From positions 640,001-704,000 of the forward strand of contig CAVUZH010000013.1 of NCBI GenBank assembly GCA_963745835.1: 64,000 nt of DNA. The letters are read 5' to 3'. A program made the translations under genes and the position numbers. Below are positions 51,597 through 61,685 of this stretch, piece by piece. Source of the stretch: an uncultured delta proteobacterium (GTDB lineage: Bacteria; Desulfobacterota; Binatia; UBA9968). Positions within the stretch are counted from its first letter, which is position 1. Each line of letters starts with the position of its first letter. The notes below the pieces were generated by a model. The model was not told the DNA's origin. It was given only the letters and a program-made list of their open reading frames with translations, and did no database searches.

Positions 51597-52649
51597 TTAT
51601 CTTCCCAGCAGCTTTTTCATACGCTCGATGATATCCGGTGGTTGTGTAACCACTTCCTTGGCTATGGCCTGTAGCGGCTCGCCTTCGGTCGGATCTAATT
51701 CAAGTTCTTGCTTTTCGGCAGTGGCCTTAACCTCGGGGTCGGCGATGACCTTGGCAAAGGCTTGGCGCAGGACTTTTAACGTTTCGGGAGAGATAGCCGG
51801 TGGCGCGACAAATGGCCGGCCGATATCGCCGGCGGCCAAAACCACGGTGGCCACGCGTCGACCCGACTCCGGAGTGTTGTACTGATTCATAAGCTCAAAA
51901 ATGGTCGGAACGTCGGGCAGCCTTGGATCTTTGTCTTTTCCCGATTGAATGAGGACCCGGACAAACCCTCTCTTGCGCCACGAAGCGAAAGGTTCCCTGG
52001 CAAAAAATGAATTCAGACTGAAGCCGCGGCACTGAATCTCGCCTCGTTCAATGGCAAGGTCAATGTCGTTCCCGCCCTGATAACCGGTAATTATATTGAA
52101 CTTGGTGCCGAGCGTTTGTTCCATGAGCATGGGGAAATAATAGCCGGTTGACGCGGTTCCGGTTGCCCCGCACTTGGGCGGCACTGAGGCTTTACGCATA
52201 TCCTCGATGCTCTTGAAGGGAGCATCCGTTCGGACGAAAAGGATCTCGTTCGTGCGCGTCGGACTGCCGATGTAGCCAAACTTCGCCCAATCGAACTGCA
52301 CTTCTTTTAGGCCAACGAGCTGATCGAAATAGAGGGCCGGGGCGATAACTCCCAGAGTCAAGCCGTCCGGCTTAGCCACCCCGTAGATATGGTTCGCGGC
52401 GATCAGCGAAGTCGCTCCCGGCATGTTCTGCACGATCATGGTCGGAGAGCCGGGAATATATTTGGGCATATGGCGTGCAATCAGACGGGCCCAAAGATCG
52501 GTGGCGGTTGCGGCACCGTAGCCTACCACGAGTCTGATGTTCTTGCCGGCATAGAAGTTTTCGGCCTGTGAATAACTGGAACGCGGCAGAAGGAGAAACC
52601 AACCCAACAGAAAGAACAGAGAGGCTCCGAATGAAACATGTTTTTTCAT
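51597..52649 (-). CDS. TctC/Bug substrate-binding protein
   Basis: NMPGA, KPDGLT, GYQGG, RPFVAPP. Confidence 0.92.
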   Translation of the reverse strand: MKKHVSFGASLFFLLGWFLLLPRSSYSQAENFYAGKNIRLVVGYGAATATDLWARLIARHMPKYIPGSPTMIVQNMPGATSLIAANHIYGVAKPDGLTLGVIAPALYFDQLVGLKEVQFDWAKFGYIGSPTRTNEILFVRTDAPFKSIEDMRKASVPPKCGATGTASTGYYFPMLMEQTLGTKFNIITGYQGGNDIDLAIERGEIQCRGFSLNSFFAREPFASWRKRGFVRVLIQSGKDKDPRLPDVPTIFELMNQYNTPESGRRVATVVLAAGDIGRPFVAPPAISPETLKVLRQAFAKVIADPEVKATAEKQELELDPTEGEPLQAIAKEVVTQPPDIIERMKKLLGR

Positions 52650-52679
52650 GGTCTACTCCCTGCCCATGAGAGCATTGGG

Positions 52680-54042
52680 TTACGCTTTGCCAGCCAAAAG
52701 CTGGCAAAGCGGTGCGACGGAATCGAGAGTTTCGAGCCTTTCGATCATCGCAGCAGCTTCAAGCACGGCTTCTTCCTTCAGTGCTCTGCGCGCGCAATTG
52801 ATAAGCTTGTCCCTGAGCTCTTCGGGAGTCAGGGGCCATTTCTTCGCGGTCCCTTTCGCATAGTCCACTCGACCGGAAATCGTCCGGCCATCCTTCAGGC
52901 GAATCGTGACCTTGGACGGGTGGCTCCCCTCCGCGTCTTCCTCTAATTCCGGGTCCACTTCCATGTGGACCTTCTCGGCCAAACCGAAGAACCGATTTAT
53001 CGCGGATCGCCTCCTCAGTGAAAGTATGGAGCGTCACTTTCCCGTCGATCACCGCTCTTGCGAGAATATAACCCATGCTAAATTTACTTTGGATCGCGGT
53101 CTCCGGAATTTTGTCGAGGACCTTAGTGTAAGCGTGCGGCGTCACGCCCACGCGAATGTCGTCAATCGTGCCCGGAGCAAGGCCTTGCGCGCGCATTTCA
53201 AGAACCGCATCGACGGCAGAGTGAATTAGGCCGCCACAGGGATACGCCTTGAAGCCAATTTCTCTCTCCACCAGTTCAAAAGATTTCCCCAGGCTTTCGA
53301 TCACTGCCAAATCGTAGGGAGAACCCCTTGAGTAACTCTCGTGAAAACCCCTGGCTCCCTCAAGGATCGAACGATTGGCGGTAAAACCATTGCTTGCCAG
53401 TTTCGCCGCCAATACACCGTTCCGCGCGGCGAGGCCCGCATGAAGCGGCTTGGTCATCGTCCCATAGTTCCAGATGAAACCGCTCGCCATCGAGGCAGCG
53501 ATCCCCAGTGTCGTTCGCACCGCCTCGACCTGGAGGCCGAGCAATTTGGCGCAGGCAACGGCCGCTCCCAGCGCCCCAAGGGTCCCCGCGCTGTGCCAAC
53601 CTTCTTTGATTGAATGGTCCGGAATGGATAACACCAGCTTGGTCGTGACCTCAAAACCAACGACGTAGGCTTGCAAAAACTCCCGCCCGTTTCTTCCTAG
53701 TTTTTCTGCAAGCGCAAAGGTTGCCGCAGCCAAACAGGAAGTGGGTTGACCCATATAGGTGTAGTTATAATCGTAGTCCAACGCATGACCGGCGGTTCCG
53801 TTAACGAGCGCTGCCTGAGAACAAGACGTTTTGAACCCCTGTCCAAAAACGCTCGAATCTTTACTGGTGCTCTCCTCCCGCGCCATTTGCGCGCAAATCT
53901 TGGCGGCAGGCTCGATGCTGCCTGCCAACGTTACGGCCACAGAATCAAGAATAGCCTGCTTCACCAACTCTATGGCTTTTACCGGAAGGTCTTCATACGT
54001 GGTCTGAGCCACAAATTCGGCTACTTTCCTTGTGTAATCCAT
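52680..54042 (-). CDS. MmgE/PrpD family protein (frameshift near 52980)
   Basis: NGTAGHALDYD, GTMTKPLHAG, KAYPCG, KFS; C-terminus in ORF 52680-52982. Confidence 0.88.
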
Positions 54043-54485
54043 TGCTCTCCCTTATTGCCCCTTGTTCGCTGTCCGTGAAACCCGGGGCAGCTCATTCTGA
54101 CCCGTAGCTCCTTCTCCGCTAGACCAAGATCGATCATCCTTCGGTCTCGTCTACTTACAGAGCCACGTATTCGGTGAGAATATGGCACCATCCCGGTCGA
54201 CCCCTCAGATGATTCAGGTGACGAGGGCGGCATTTCAGGCCGTTGCGAGCCTGAATGAACAGGCCACTGACTCCAAGAGCCACACCCTCGTCAAGAATTT
54301 CTTTACAGGATTCTTTTAGATCCTGCTACCTGCTAAATTCCCATGGTAGACCCCTTTGTGTTTCCCCAACTAGCTAGCTAACTCCATACTTGACCCCTTG
54401 ATCCCAGTTTCTGATTGAGATGACTGTTGTTCTCCCAACTGCTTGGCCGGTGCCCGAAAACCTGATTAATCTGCTGTTCGAAGTC

Positions 54486-55121
54486 TTAGAGCGCGCGGCC
54501 GGGCACAACGATACAACCGCTCGTGGCATCGCCGTAGCATTTATAATTTCCGAGTGCGAACTGATACGCAGTGAAAGCACAAAGCGCTGCATCGATTTGG
54601 TCGATGTTGGTAAACTTGCTGGTATCGACGTTCGCGTAACTCAGAATGTAACGACGAAATCGTCGCTTTTGCTTAGCCGATACGATCTTTCCCGCAAGGG
54701 CACACGCAATGGCTTGCGGAAACGTCTCAAAACAGATTGGTTGGGCTGTGCGCTGGGACTTGTTATCGAATAGCACATGGCTGGTTTCAAGATCTGCGTA
54801 CAGCGCGGCGCCGTTTATCATCCAGCCGAAATGATCCTTCGGGTGTTTTTCCGCCGCTTCACGGCTCGGCGTGGAAAAACACCAAATTCTCTCCGCCATC
54901 AGTTCACGCTCGGCAGAACGCGCGCGACCCGTATCACTCCAGCGGCACGGAGCATCCACTGCGATAAGGCGCGCGTCAATTTGTCGGCACCAATCGGCGA
55001 CTTCGGTCACGTTGCACGAGGCAATCTGATTCAAATAGGCACCGGCCCGGAGCGCGACGGCATGAAATCCCTTGGCCCTTCCGCCTACATCAATTCCGGC
55101 GACAATGATCTGTGACGACAT
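54486..55121 (-). CDS. DUF429 family predicted nuclease (RNase H-like)
   Basis: VAGIDVG, IAVDAP, R.AERE, ETFP, DQIDAALCA. Confidence 0.8.
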   Translation of the reverse strand: MSSQIIVAGIDVGGRAKGFHAVALRAGAYLNQIASCNVTEVADWCRQIDARLIAVDAPCRWSDTGRARSAERELMAERIWCFSTPSREAAEKHPKDHFGWMINGAALYADLETSHVLFDNKSQRTAQPICFETFPQAIACALAGKIVSAKQKRRFRRYILSYANVDTSKFTNIDQIDAALCAFTAYQFALGNYKCYGDATSGCIVVPGRAL

Positions 55122-55136
55122 CCAAGCATCCGTGTT

Positions 55137-55237
55137 GATTGGTGAGCCCTCAGTTCGGCAACGGCCGCGTCCATGAGTTTGTCGGCGGTCGTCGGGGCGG
55201 TGACGATCTGGGTTTCCAGCGCGTCCGCCAAGGCCAT
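55137..55237 (-). pseudogene. 3' remnant of a type I R-M hsdS gene
   Basis: MALADALETQIVTAPTTADKLMDAAVAEL resembles the HsdS C-terminal conserved helix. Confidence 0.6.
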
Positions 55238-55307
55238 CGTTTGTCTACTTTCGTCACGGTCCGGCTTGGTCGAAGATGGAAGAGTCGCCATCATTAGAGA
55301 AGGAGAA

Positions 55308-56035
55308 AGGGAACAGACTACTTATTATCTACTTCCTCATCTCGCTTAGAGCGGGTCGGCCCCGTGGACGCATCGTACTCTCAAGTCCAAATCGATCTGC
55401 AATCGTCGTCTGCCAGCCTGGTTATCCAAAAGGTCTTTGACGATTCACTGACTGTCGAACTGAAGCCATTGGTTCGCTGATAACGGTTCGTCCACATGCG
55501 CCAGCCAGTCTGTCTCGACTTCCACAGGACGGGATCGGCCAGCTCGTTACGACAGCAACTTGACCAAGGCCAATCATCTATCGACGCTGCCAAGCCTGCT
55601 CTGACTGGATTTCTGCAATACGTAGCGCAGGACCATCAGCAAATGTTCGTCGCGCTGCACTGGAAAACTTTTAAACCGGCCCTGCCAAACATGCCCGCTG
55701 CTGCCGTAATGCCTGTGATAACGCCGTACGTGACTCATCAGCCATTGCATGAATCGGCTCAGAGACTGGTGATGCGAAGCTTCGATCAGAAGTGAAAGCG
55801 ATTCGGCATCAGAGACAAAGCAAGCATCTTAACTGGGTGCCGCGCTTTTGCTGCGCGAGAATGAAACGAAAGGCTTGGTAATCTTGAGCTTTATGAAAGA
55901 TAGTTGCGCGCCCGTTCCCTCAGTTGATCACATGATAAACAAGACCACCCTATTCCGCACGCGGGATTCTCGGCATGGCAGGGCTTTATCATATAGGCGA
56001 ACGTGATCACAAACGATGAAAGTAGCCTGTCCCCT
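55308..56035 (-). mobile_element. TIR-Y1 element, copy 5 (most degenerate)
   Basis: Left TIR decayed (AGGGAACAGACTACTT), right TIR intact; many indels. Confidence 0.92.
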
Positions 56036-56072
56036 TAATCCTTGTCAACACTACTCTAGCTCGGTAGTCACT

Positions 56073-57230
56073 CTACGAATGAGAAGGTCCTTGCTCTGTG
56101 TACTCTACGATAAATTTGGCTCTTTCATATAGTTCATCGAACGTGAGAATGTCGATTCCGTGTATGGACTTCCGAAAACGCTGCAACGTCTCTCGCTTGC
56201 TACGGCTGTTTAGTTGCGCTAGAACCCCGATCACAATAATACCTTTTGGTTGAACAGTATAAACGCCCCGCCTCTCAAAATTATCACGGTTATCTGGGTG
56301 TTCTGATCCCTGCTTATCCCAGGTAGACATATTCGTCTGGATCTGTGATAACGCGTCTGTTAATTGTTTCGATAAGCTCCACGCTCCACTCCTGATTTCG
56401 CCAGTTCCTTGTAGTAAAGGTGTCGCGGGCGTTTTTATCTCTACGAGTACGGTAAAATTTATTTCTCCGGATGTTGAAGTCAAATAGTCTCCCTTTTGAC
56501 CTCCTCGCCGATCCACTCGCATTCCTCCATAGTGTGGTTGTGACTGTTCTTGTTTTAGGATTTGGTAATTGAGGCCATAGCCGAAAATCCATTTGTTCTG
56601 CTCAAAGAACTTTTGCCAATAACCTTCCCTCTCGGAATTTAATTTCAACTCTTTTTTAAATTGTTCGAGTATTTCCCTTCTCTGAAGGAGTTGATTGATA
56701 TCTTGTTCCGAGAGCCTAATGCCGGTTTTAGATGAAAGCTGCTTTATAATTCTGACAATACTTTCTGCATCCCGATCACCCAAAGCAGTCACAATTTCAG
56801 CATCTCCCTGCGACACCAAGGAGAATGCAGTTTTCGGTACTTCGATCTCGCGTAAAGATTGTAAAAATGAAATCAGCTTCCAAAAATTCTCGTGGCACTC
56901 TTCCAAACTGACATTTGCTTTTAGGACGTAGGTGTTTTTCTCGATCCGTAAAGATTCGTCAATAATTTTCTCGTTTTTATCCCGAATTGAAACACTCAGA
57001 CGCGGGGAAAATTTCTCAGCCTTCTTGATAAGGCAGACCTTGCAGATATAACTTACGCGTGGCCTCTCATCCAGAACAAATTGCGTGATTAGCCGCTTCT
57101 GCTTGCGGTGGTAAAAATAATAAAAATTATCACCGGAAGGCGATGAGTTTATTTGGAGGTCACGAAAATCGTCCTCGCCTATGACAAACTCCTCGCTCTT
57201 ATTCCAGCTCATAAAACCGCTGATTCGCAT
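56073..57230 (-). CDS. sduA: Shedu anti-phage nuclease (DUF4263)
   Basis: E.YWQKFFEQNKWIFG, D...VEIKTP, DALSQ, IIVIG, ILTFDEL. Confidence 0.85.
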   Translation of the reverse strand: MRISGFMSWNKSEEFVIGEDDFRDLQINSSPSGDNFYYFYHRKQKRLITQFVLDERPRVSYICKVCLIKKAEKFSPRLSVSIRDKNEKIIDESLRIEKNTYVLKANVSLEECHENFWKLISFLQSLREIEVPKTAFSLVSQGDAEIVTALGDRDAESIVRIIKQLSSKTGIRLSEQDINQLLQRREILEQFKKELKLNSEREGYWQKFFEQNKWIFGYGLNYQILKQEQSQPHYGGMRVDRRGGQKGDYLTSTSGEINFTVLVEIKTPATPLLQGTGEIRSGAWSLSKQLTDALSQIQTNMSTWDKQGSEHPDNRDNFERRGVYTVQPKGIIVIGVLAQLNSRSKRETLQRFRKSIHGIDILTFDELYERAKFIVEYTEQGPSHS

Positions 57231-57349
57231 GAATTCCTAAATACCATTGATTTTGTAATCGCAATAGATCGGAGCTGTCCCTTGATGTTCGTTTCTCTCT
57301 GTCTTTCAACCTCAAGTCAGTCGATGCATCGTGAGCTTATCCCCATATC

Positions 57350-58078
57350 TTAGTATTCATAAATTTCGAGATTCCCAGTTGCTGAACTGCGTCTGGCAAT
57401 TACACCTTTGCGTCGCCGCCGAAACTTTGTCCCTGGCACCGGTGCCACTACTGGATCACGCCTCACCGGCAGTGTTTGATCACGTGGAACGTGCACGGGT
57501 GGATGTACAGTACCTGCGTCGCTCGGCATGTGATGACTGGCAGATAAAGATTGCTCGATCTGATGAAACTCCTTCGCGACCTGTTCCTTGAACTGTGGTA
57601 AGTCGGCAAGGTCCGGTCCATCTCCGGCCTCCAGAAGCCTCCGTGCGCGATCGACAGCTTCGGTCGCAGAAATTTCACCTTGCTCCACCTGCTCAAATAG
57701 GCGCCGCAGCCTTCCAGGCACCCCAAGTCTACGCTGGTGATATTCAGGCACTGGATCCGGAAGCCCTAACACTCTTGAAATTGCGGGGATGATCAATCGA
57801 GACAGTACAGCGGTATCCTTAATCAGATAATCAGCAGACTCTCTGATGCTACCGTATTGGTTTAGAATCGTGATTAAGGCACCAACAGTAACCCATGTCT
57901 TAGTTGATCCACCCTCGATTCGCACCTCAGGGCTAAGGCGGTACTCATTGAAACGATCTCGATAAAAATCACGAACTGTTTCATCAACAAATGTAAATAA
58001 TCTTTCTCCAGCTGCGGTTATCTGCGAGTCTTCAATCGTGGAATTATAGCGTGCATAGAACTGTGCAAGGACAATCAT
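57350..58078 (-). CDS. Hypothetical protein within the defence cluster
   Basis: 242-aa ORF co-oriented between the DUF6119-like gene and Shedu. Confidence 0.75.
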   Translation of the reverse strand: MIVLAQFYARYNSTIEDSQITAAGERLFTFVDETVRDFYRDRFNEYRLSPEVRIEGGSTKTWVTVGALITILNQYGSIRESADYLIKDTAVLSRLIIPAISRVLGLPDPVPEYHQRRLGVPGRLRRLFEQVEQGEISATEAVDRARRLLEAGDGPDLADLPQFKEQVAKEFHQIEQSLSASHHMPSDAGTVHPPVHVPRDQTLPVRRDPVVAPVPGTKFRRRRKGVIARRSSATGNLEIYEY

Positions 58079-58114
58079 CGTTATTACCGTTTTTCAGCTA
58101 AGGTTCACATCGTA

Positions 58115-59736
58115 CTAATAACGTTTTGTTTTGCGTCGCATCTCACTTACCGAAATTTTGGAAAGTGCGACTCGGTAACCGTACCCGATCAGGCGGTTGG
58201 AAGCAGCTCGTAAATTCAACCGGGAAAAAAAAGGTATGGACAATGTCGAACCGGCAGCGTCACTCACGATCCCGAATACGATTCGGTACTCGTCTCGGTC
58301 AGGAACTTTTCTCGGATCCGCTATTTTGTGTGTATCTGGAAGCGTGTCATTAACAGTGTGACGAAACTCGGATTGCGTATGAAAGAGTTCAGCAGAAACA
58401 GTACCTTGTGAGAAGAAGTGGCTAAATACTTTCGACTGACCGTAACGTTTTACGTGTATGATGTCTCGGCCAGTAGTAAAAATGTCACAAAATTCGACTC
58501 CGCTTCTTGGCCCGCCGTATTTGATAAGTTTTTGATCCATGAGAGCGAATGCTGCGTTTTCATCACAAATACGGGCATTATAAGTTTCTTCCGAGTTGTC
58601 GTTATATTCCGGCAACTCAGTGTCAAAGCGCGGCAGCTGCTCAAAGTATTTGTTTACTTCTGTCACAAAATCGCGACCAAGGCGGTACCACTTGCCGCCA
58701 CTTAGTAAATACGTATGTCCTTGATGATCAAGCTCACAATAAAGGCATGAGTATAGAGACCAACGCCGAATAGTGTGATCGTCATCTCCGATACACAACA
58801 CGTCACGTTGCTTCAATAATTTGAGATCTATGTTGGACGTTGAAAAATCAGTGCCACGAGTTTCCTTTACTTCTTCGATAAATTCGGAGAGGTGCAAATC
58901 GTTGTATTTCGCGTTCCTTGCCTTAAGGCCGTATCGGAAGCCGTCGACCTCCGCCCACTCAATAATATCGGGCACGGCCATCCAGCAGCGGTCAAACTCC
59001 TCCAATCTTATCCGCTCCAGAAGTCTTTCATTTAGGGCGTCCAGAAGAGATGTCCCCTTAACCTCTGCAATATGGTCAACCCAGGGGAAGTTTGACCTGT
59101 AAATAGTAGAACGCGATTGCTCAAGATATCGCCTTAGTAGGATCGGCAGTTCCTCGATTGTAATCTTCAAGGAAGCCTTTATTGCGTCCATACCGTTAAT
59201 CGCTGACCTAAGGTCTGATCCTTCGGTGTACCCGTGAGGGCGCGAACGAGGTCCTGCTCAATATCTATTCCGAAGTCTTGGGCCGATGCTTCTTTGCTAG
59301 TTTGAATCTTAGAGTGAGTGGTAAGAGCGTCGAAAGTACTTTTATCAATTGTTTTTATTTGATCCTGGTCGATTGAATTGAGGACTACCAGCAAACCGAA
59401 ACGTTCCTCCCAACAATCTTGGTCCAGAATGAAGCGACCCCCCTGGCCGAACGTGACTGCAAAAAGTCTCTGCTCAACAGGTACAAAGAGAACGGCGCCG
59501 GTCGACTGGTTTTTGCCTAATAAGTCTCCGTCTATATACGGGTTGAGAAATTTTGCCCATTTCGGGGTGCGGGACGGCATAGGACGAACGTAGAGTTCGC
59601 ATTTCGATCCGTCATCTAGCGTAATAGTTTTATGGATCAGCCGTATGCCACCGGAAACAATAGGGAGGGGTGAAACCTTGTCTAGCTTTATCAGATAAGC
59701 CGATACGGTTGCCTGACGTGGCTGAATTGACCGCAT
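58115..59736 (-). CDS. TIGR04141/DUF6119-like protein (frameshift near 59185)
   Basis: FAVTFGQG, ERFGL.V.LN, GGKWY, E..YN, VEFCD..IHVKR, SHFFSQG, PFFSRL. Confidence 0.8.
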
Positions 59737-59811
59737 GATGTACGACAGGTTCCGAGAGGCAGTTAACTCCTGAACTCTAGCTTCACCAACTTTGGTTTCT
59801 TGACGTTCAGT

Positions 59812-61552
59812 TCATGTGGGATGAAATGCTTCCTTGAGTACGGCTTCTAGGAGGCGTCGGCTTTCGGTTTGTCCGTGGTGAGTTGCGCTTCCAGCCTGTC
59901 GCACACACCCACCAGCTCCTCAACCTTGCCGACGATACGGTATTGTTCGGAGAGCGGCGGGACAGGGACTGGGAACTCCCTCGCGTTGGTGAGACTGATG
60001 TTCGGTTGAGCTGTCACTACTTGCGAAGCGAACATGAACTCAATTGCTGACGGGCTGTTTAAATAATGAAGTAAAAATTCAGGGGCTATATTTTTCGTTG
60101 TCTGTATAAGGCGGATTAGAGCGACAGCTTGGTTTATGTTAGCTTTATCATCTAGGTCATAAATTGCGGTACGCCCAATTGATGCTCCTACAAGGTTCAT
60201 CAGAATATCACCAAAGCGAAGAATCGAGCGGGGCTCAATGTCGTTAAAGCGTTTCTCAACAAATTTTAAATCATTCAATTTTCGGAGTCGATAATTACCT
60301 ACATTTTCGCTCGTGATAAAGAGAACTCCTAAATCCTTCGATACATAGTCAACGCCCTGCCACTTCGGCGATGACCCTTTGGTAATTAGCTCTGTCAGCT
60401 CACCAAGGCGCACCCATCTCCATAATTCAGGAACCTCAAAGGGAGCGGCTTCAACCGGAAGCGATTCAAGTTGTTTTTCTTTCTTAATTTTGCCGTCTTT
60501 TTCCAACCGCAGCTTCTCTGCGCCAATCCGTTTCAACAACTCCGACGCGGGTTCGTCGTTAGGATCTTGCGGGACGAGTTTGCCGCGGACGGCGAGGTTG
60601 AGGATGGTCTGGCGGAGTTGTTGGATGTGTTCGGGGCGCGTGGTGAGGCGCGGGAGATGACGGAGGTGAAAGCGGGCGTGCTCGCGGAACTCGTCGGCAT
60701 CCGCGCCGTTGTTCAGTCGATGCAGAGACGCCGCCGCCAGCTTATCCCGCCGGCTCTCCCGCTCCGCTTGCGCCGCCTCCAACCGATCACACAGCGCCAT
60801 CAATTCATCCACTTTGGCGACGATGCGGTGTTGTTCGGCGAGGGGTGGAAGAGCAAACGGAATAGCTTCGAATGCTCTTCGAGTCAGATGCGACGTCGGT
60901 CCGCCGCCTTGCCTTGCTATCACGATTTGCGCAAACTGCGCGTGAGTAGCTGCAGAAATGAATCAGAGACGATAGCATCGACGTCATAGGACAGCGAACT
61001 TGAATCGCATTGGCACGAACAACAGCTTCAGTATCGCACTAGCGCAGTGTCCCGATCGGATCCGCTGATGAAACAAGACATCGCCATTCGCGAATCGCGA
61101 TCTTCGACTGAGATCGTACGCCTTCTGTCATGATCGTAGCGTCTGAGATTGTTCAGGTCTAGTTCTGCATGTCCGTGATCGCAGACTGATGAAGCTGCAT
61201 CCTGACAGCACGTCGCTTGTTTGTCAGACGTCTGTGCTCCCGTCTGTGATCGAGCTCGACAATCGTCGCCAAGTCGTACCCAATCCCAGATCGCAGGAAG
61301 TTCAAACGGCACAGCTCATCGTCGGATCAGATTCCAACAGTCTTTCGGTCTTCTTATCTGCCCTTCTTTGATCAGCCGCGCCTTCTCCGCCTGAATTCGC
61401 TTGAGCAGTTCGGACGCAGGTTCGTCGTTGGGATCTTGCTCGACTAGCTTTCCCCGCACAGCAAGATCGAGAATGAAGCGGCGCAGGCGCGGGATGGCGT
61501 CGGGCGCATCGCAGATGCGGTCGAAGTGATCGATGACTTGTGCGGCGTTCAT
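59812..61552 (-). CDS. hsdS: Type I R-M specificity subunit (several frameshifts; first TRD garbled)
   Basis: Twice LAVRGKLV.QDPNDEPASELLKRI and PPL.EQ.RIV.KV.EL; tail QTESRRLLEAVLKEAF in another frame. Confidence 0.88.
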
Positions 61553-61570
61553 CGGGAAATGACCTTTTTA

Positions 61571-61656
61571 CACCACCGAGAACACAGAGAGCACAGAGAA
61601 AAGCCTTTTGTTGTTTCTCTGAATTGACTCTGTGTCCTCTGTGCGCTCTGTGGTGA
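61571..61656. repeat. CACAGAG/CTCTGTG palindromic repeat
   Basis: CACCACCGAGAACACAGAGAGCACAGAG ... CTCTGTGTCCTCTGTGCGCTCTGTGGTG. Confidence 0.75.
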
Positions 61657-61685
61657 ACAAGAAATTAACACCTGCGAGCAATTGG

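Noticed and set aside
27151-56035. Classical integron
   Set aside because: No intI tyrosine recombinase and no convincing attC (RYYYAAC...GTTRRRY) structures; the boundaries are TIR-type motifs.
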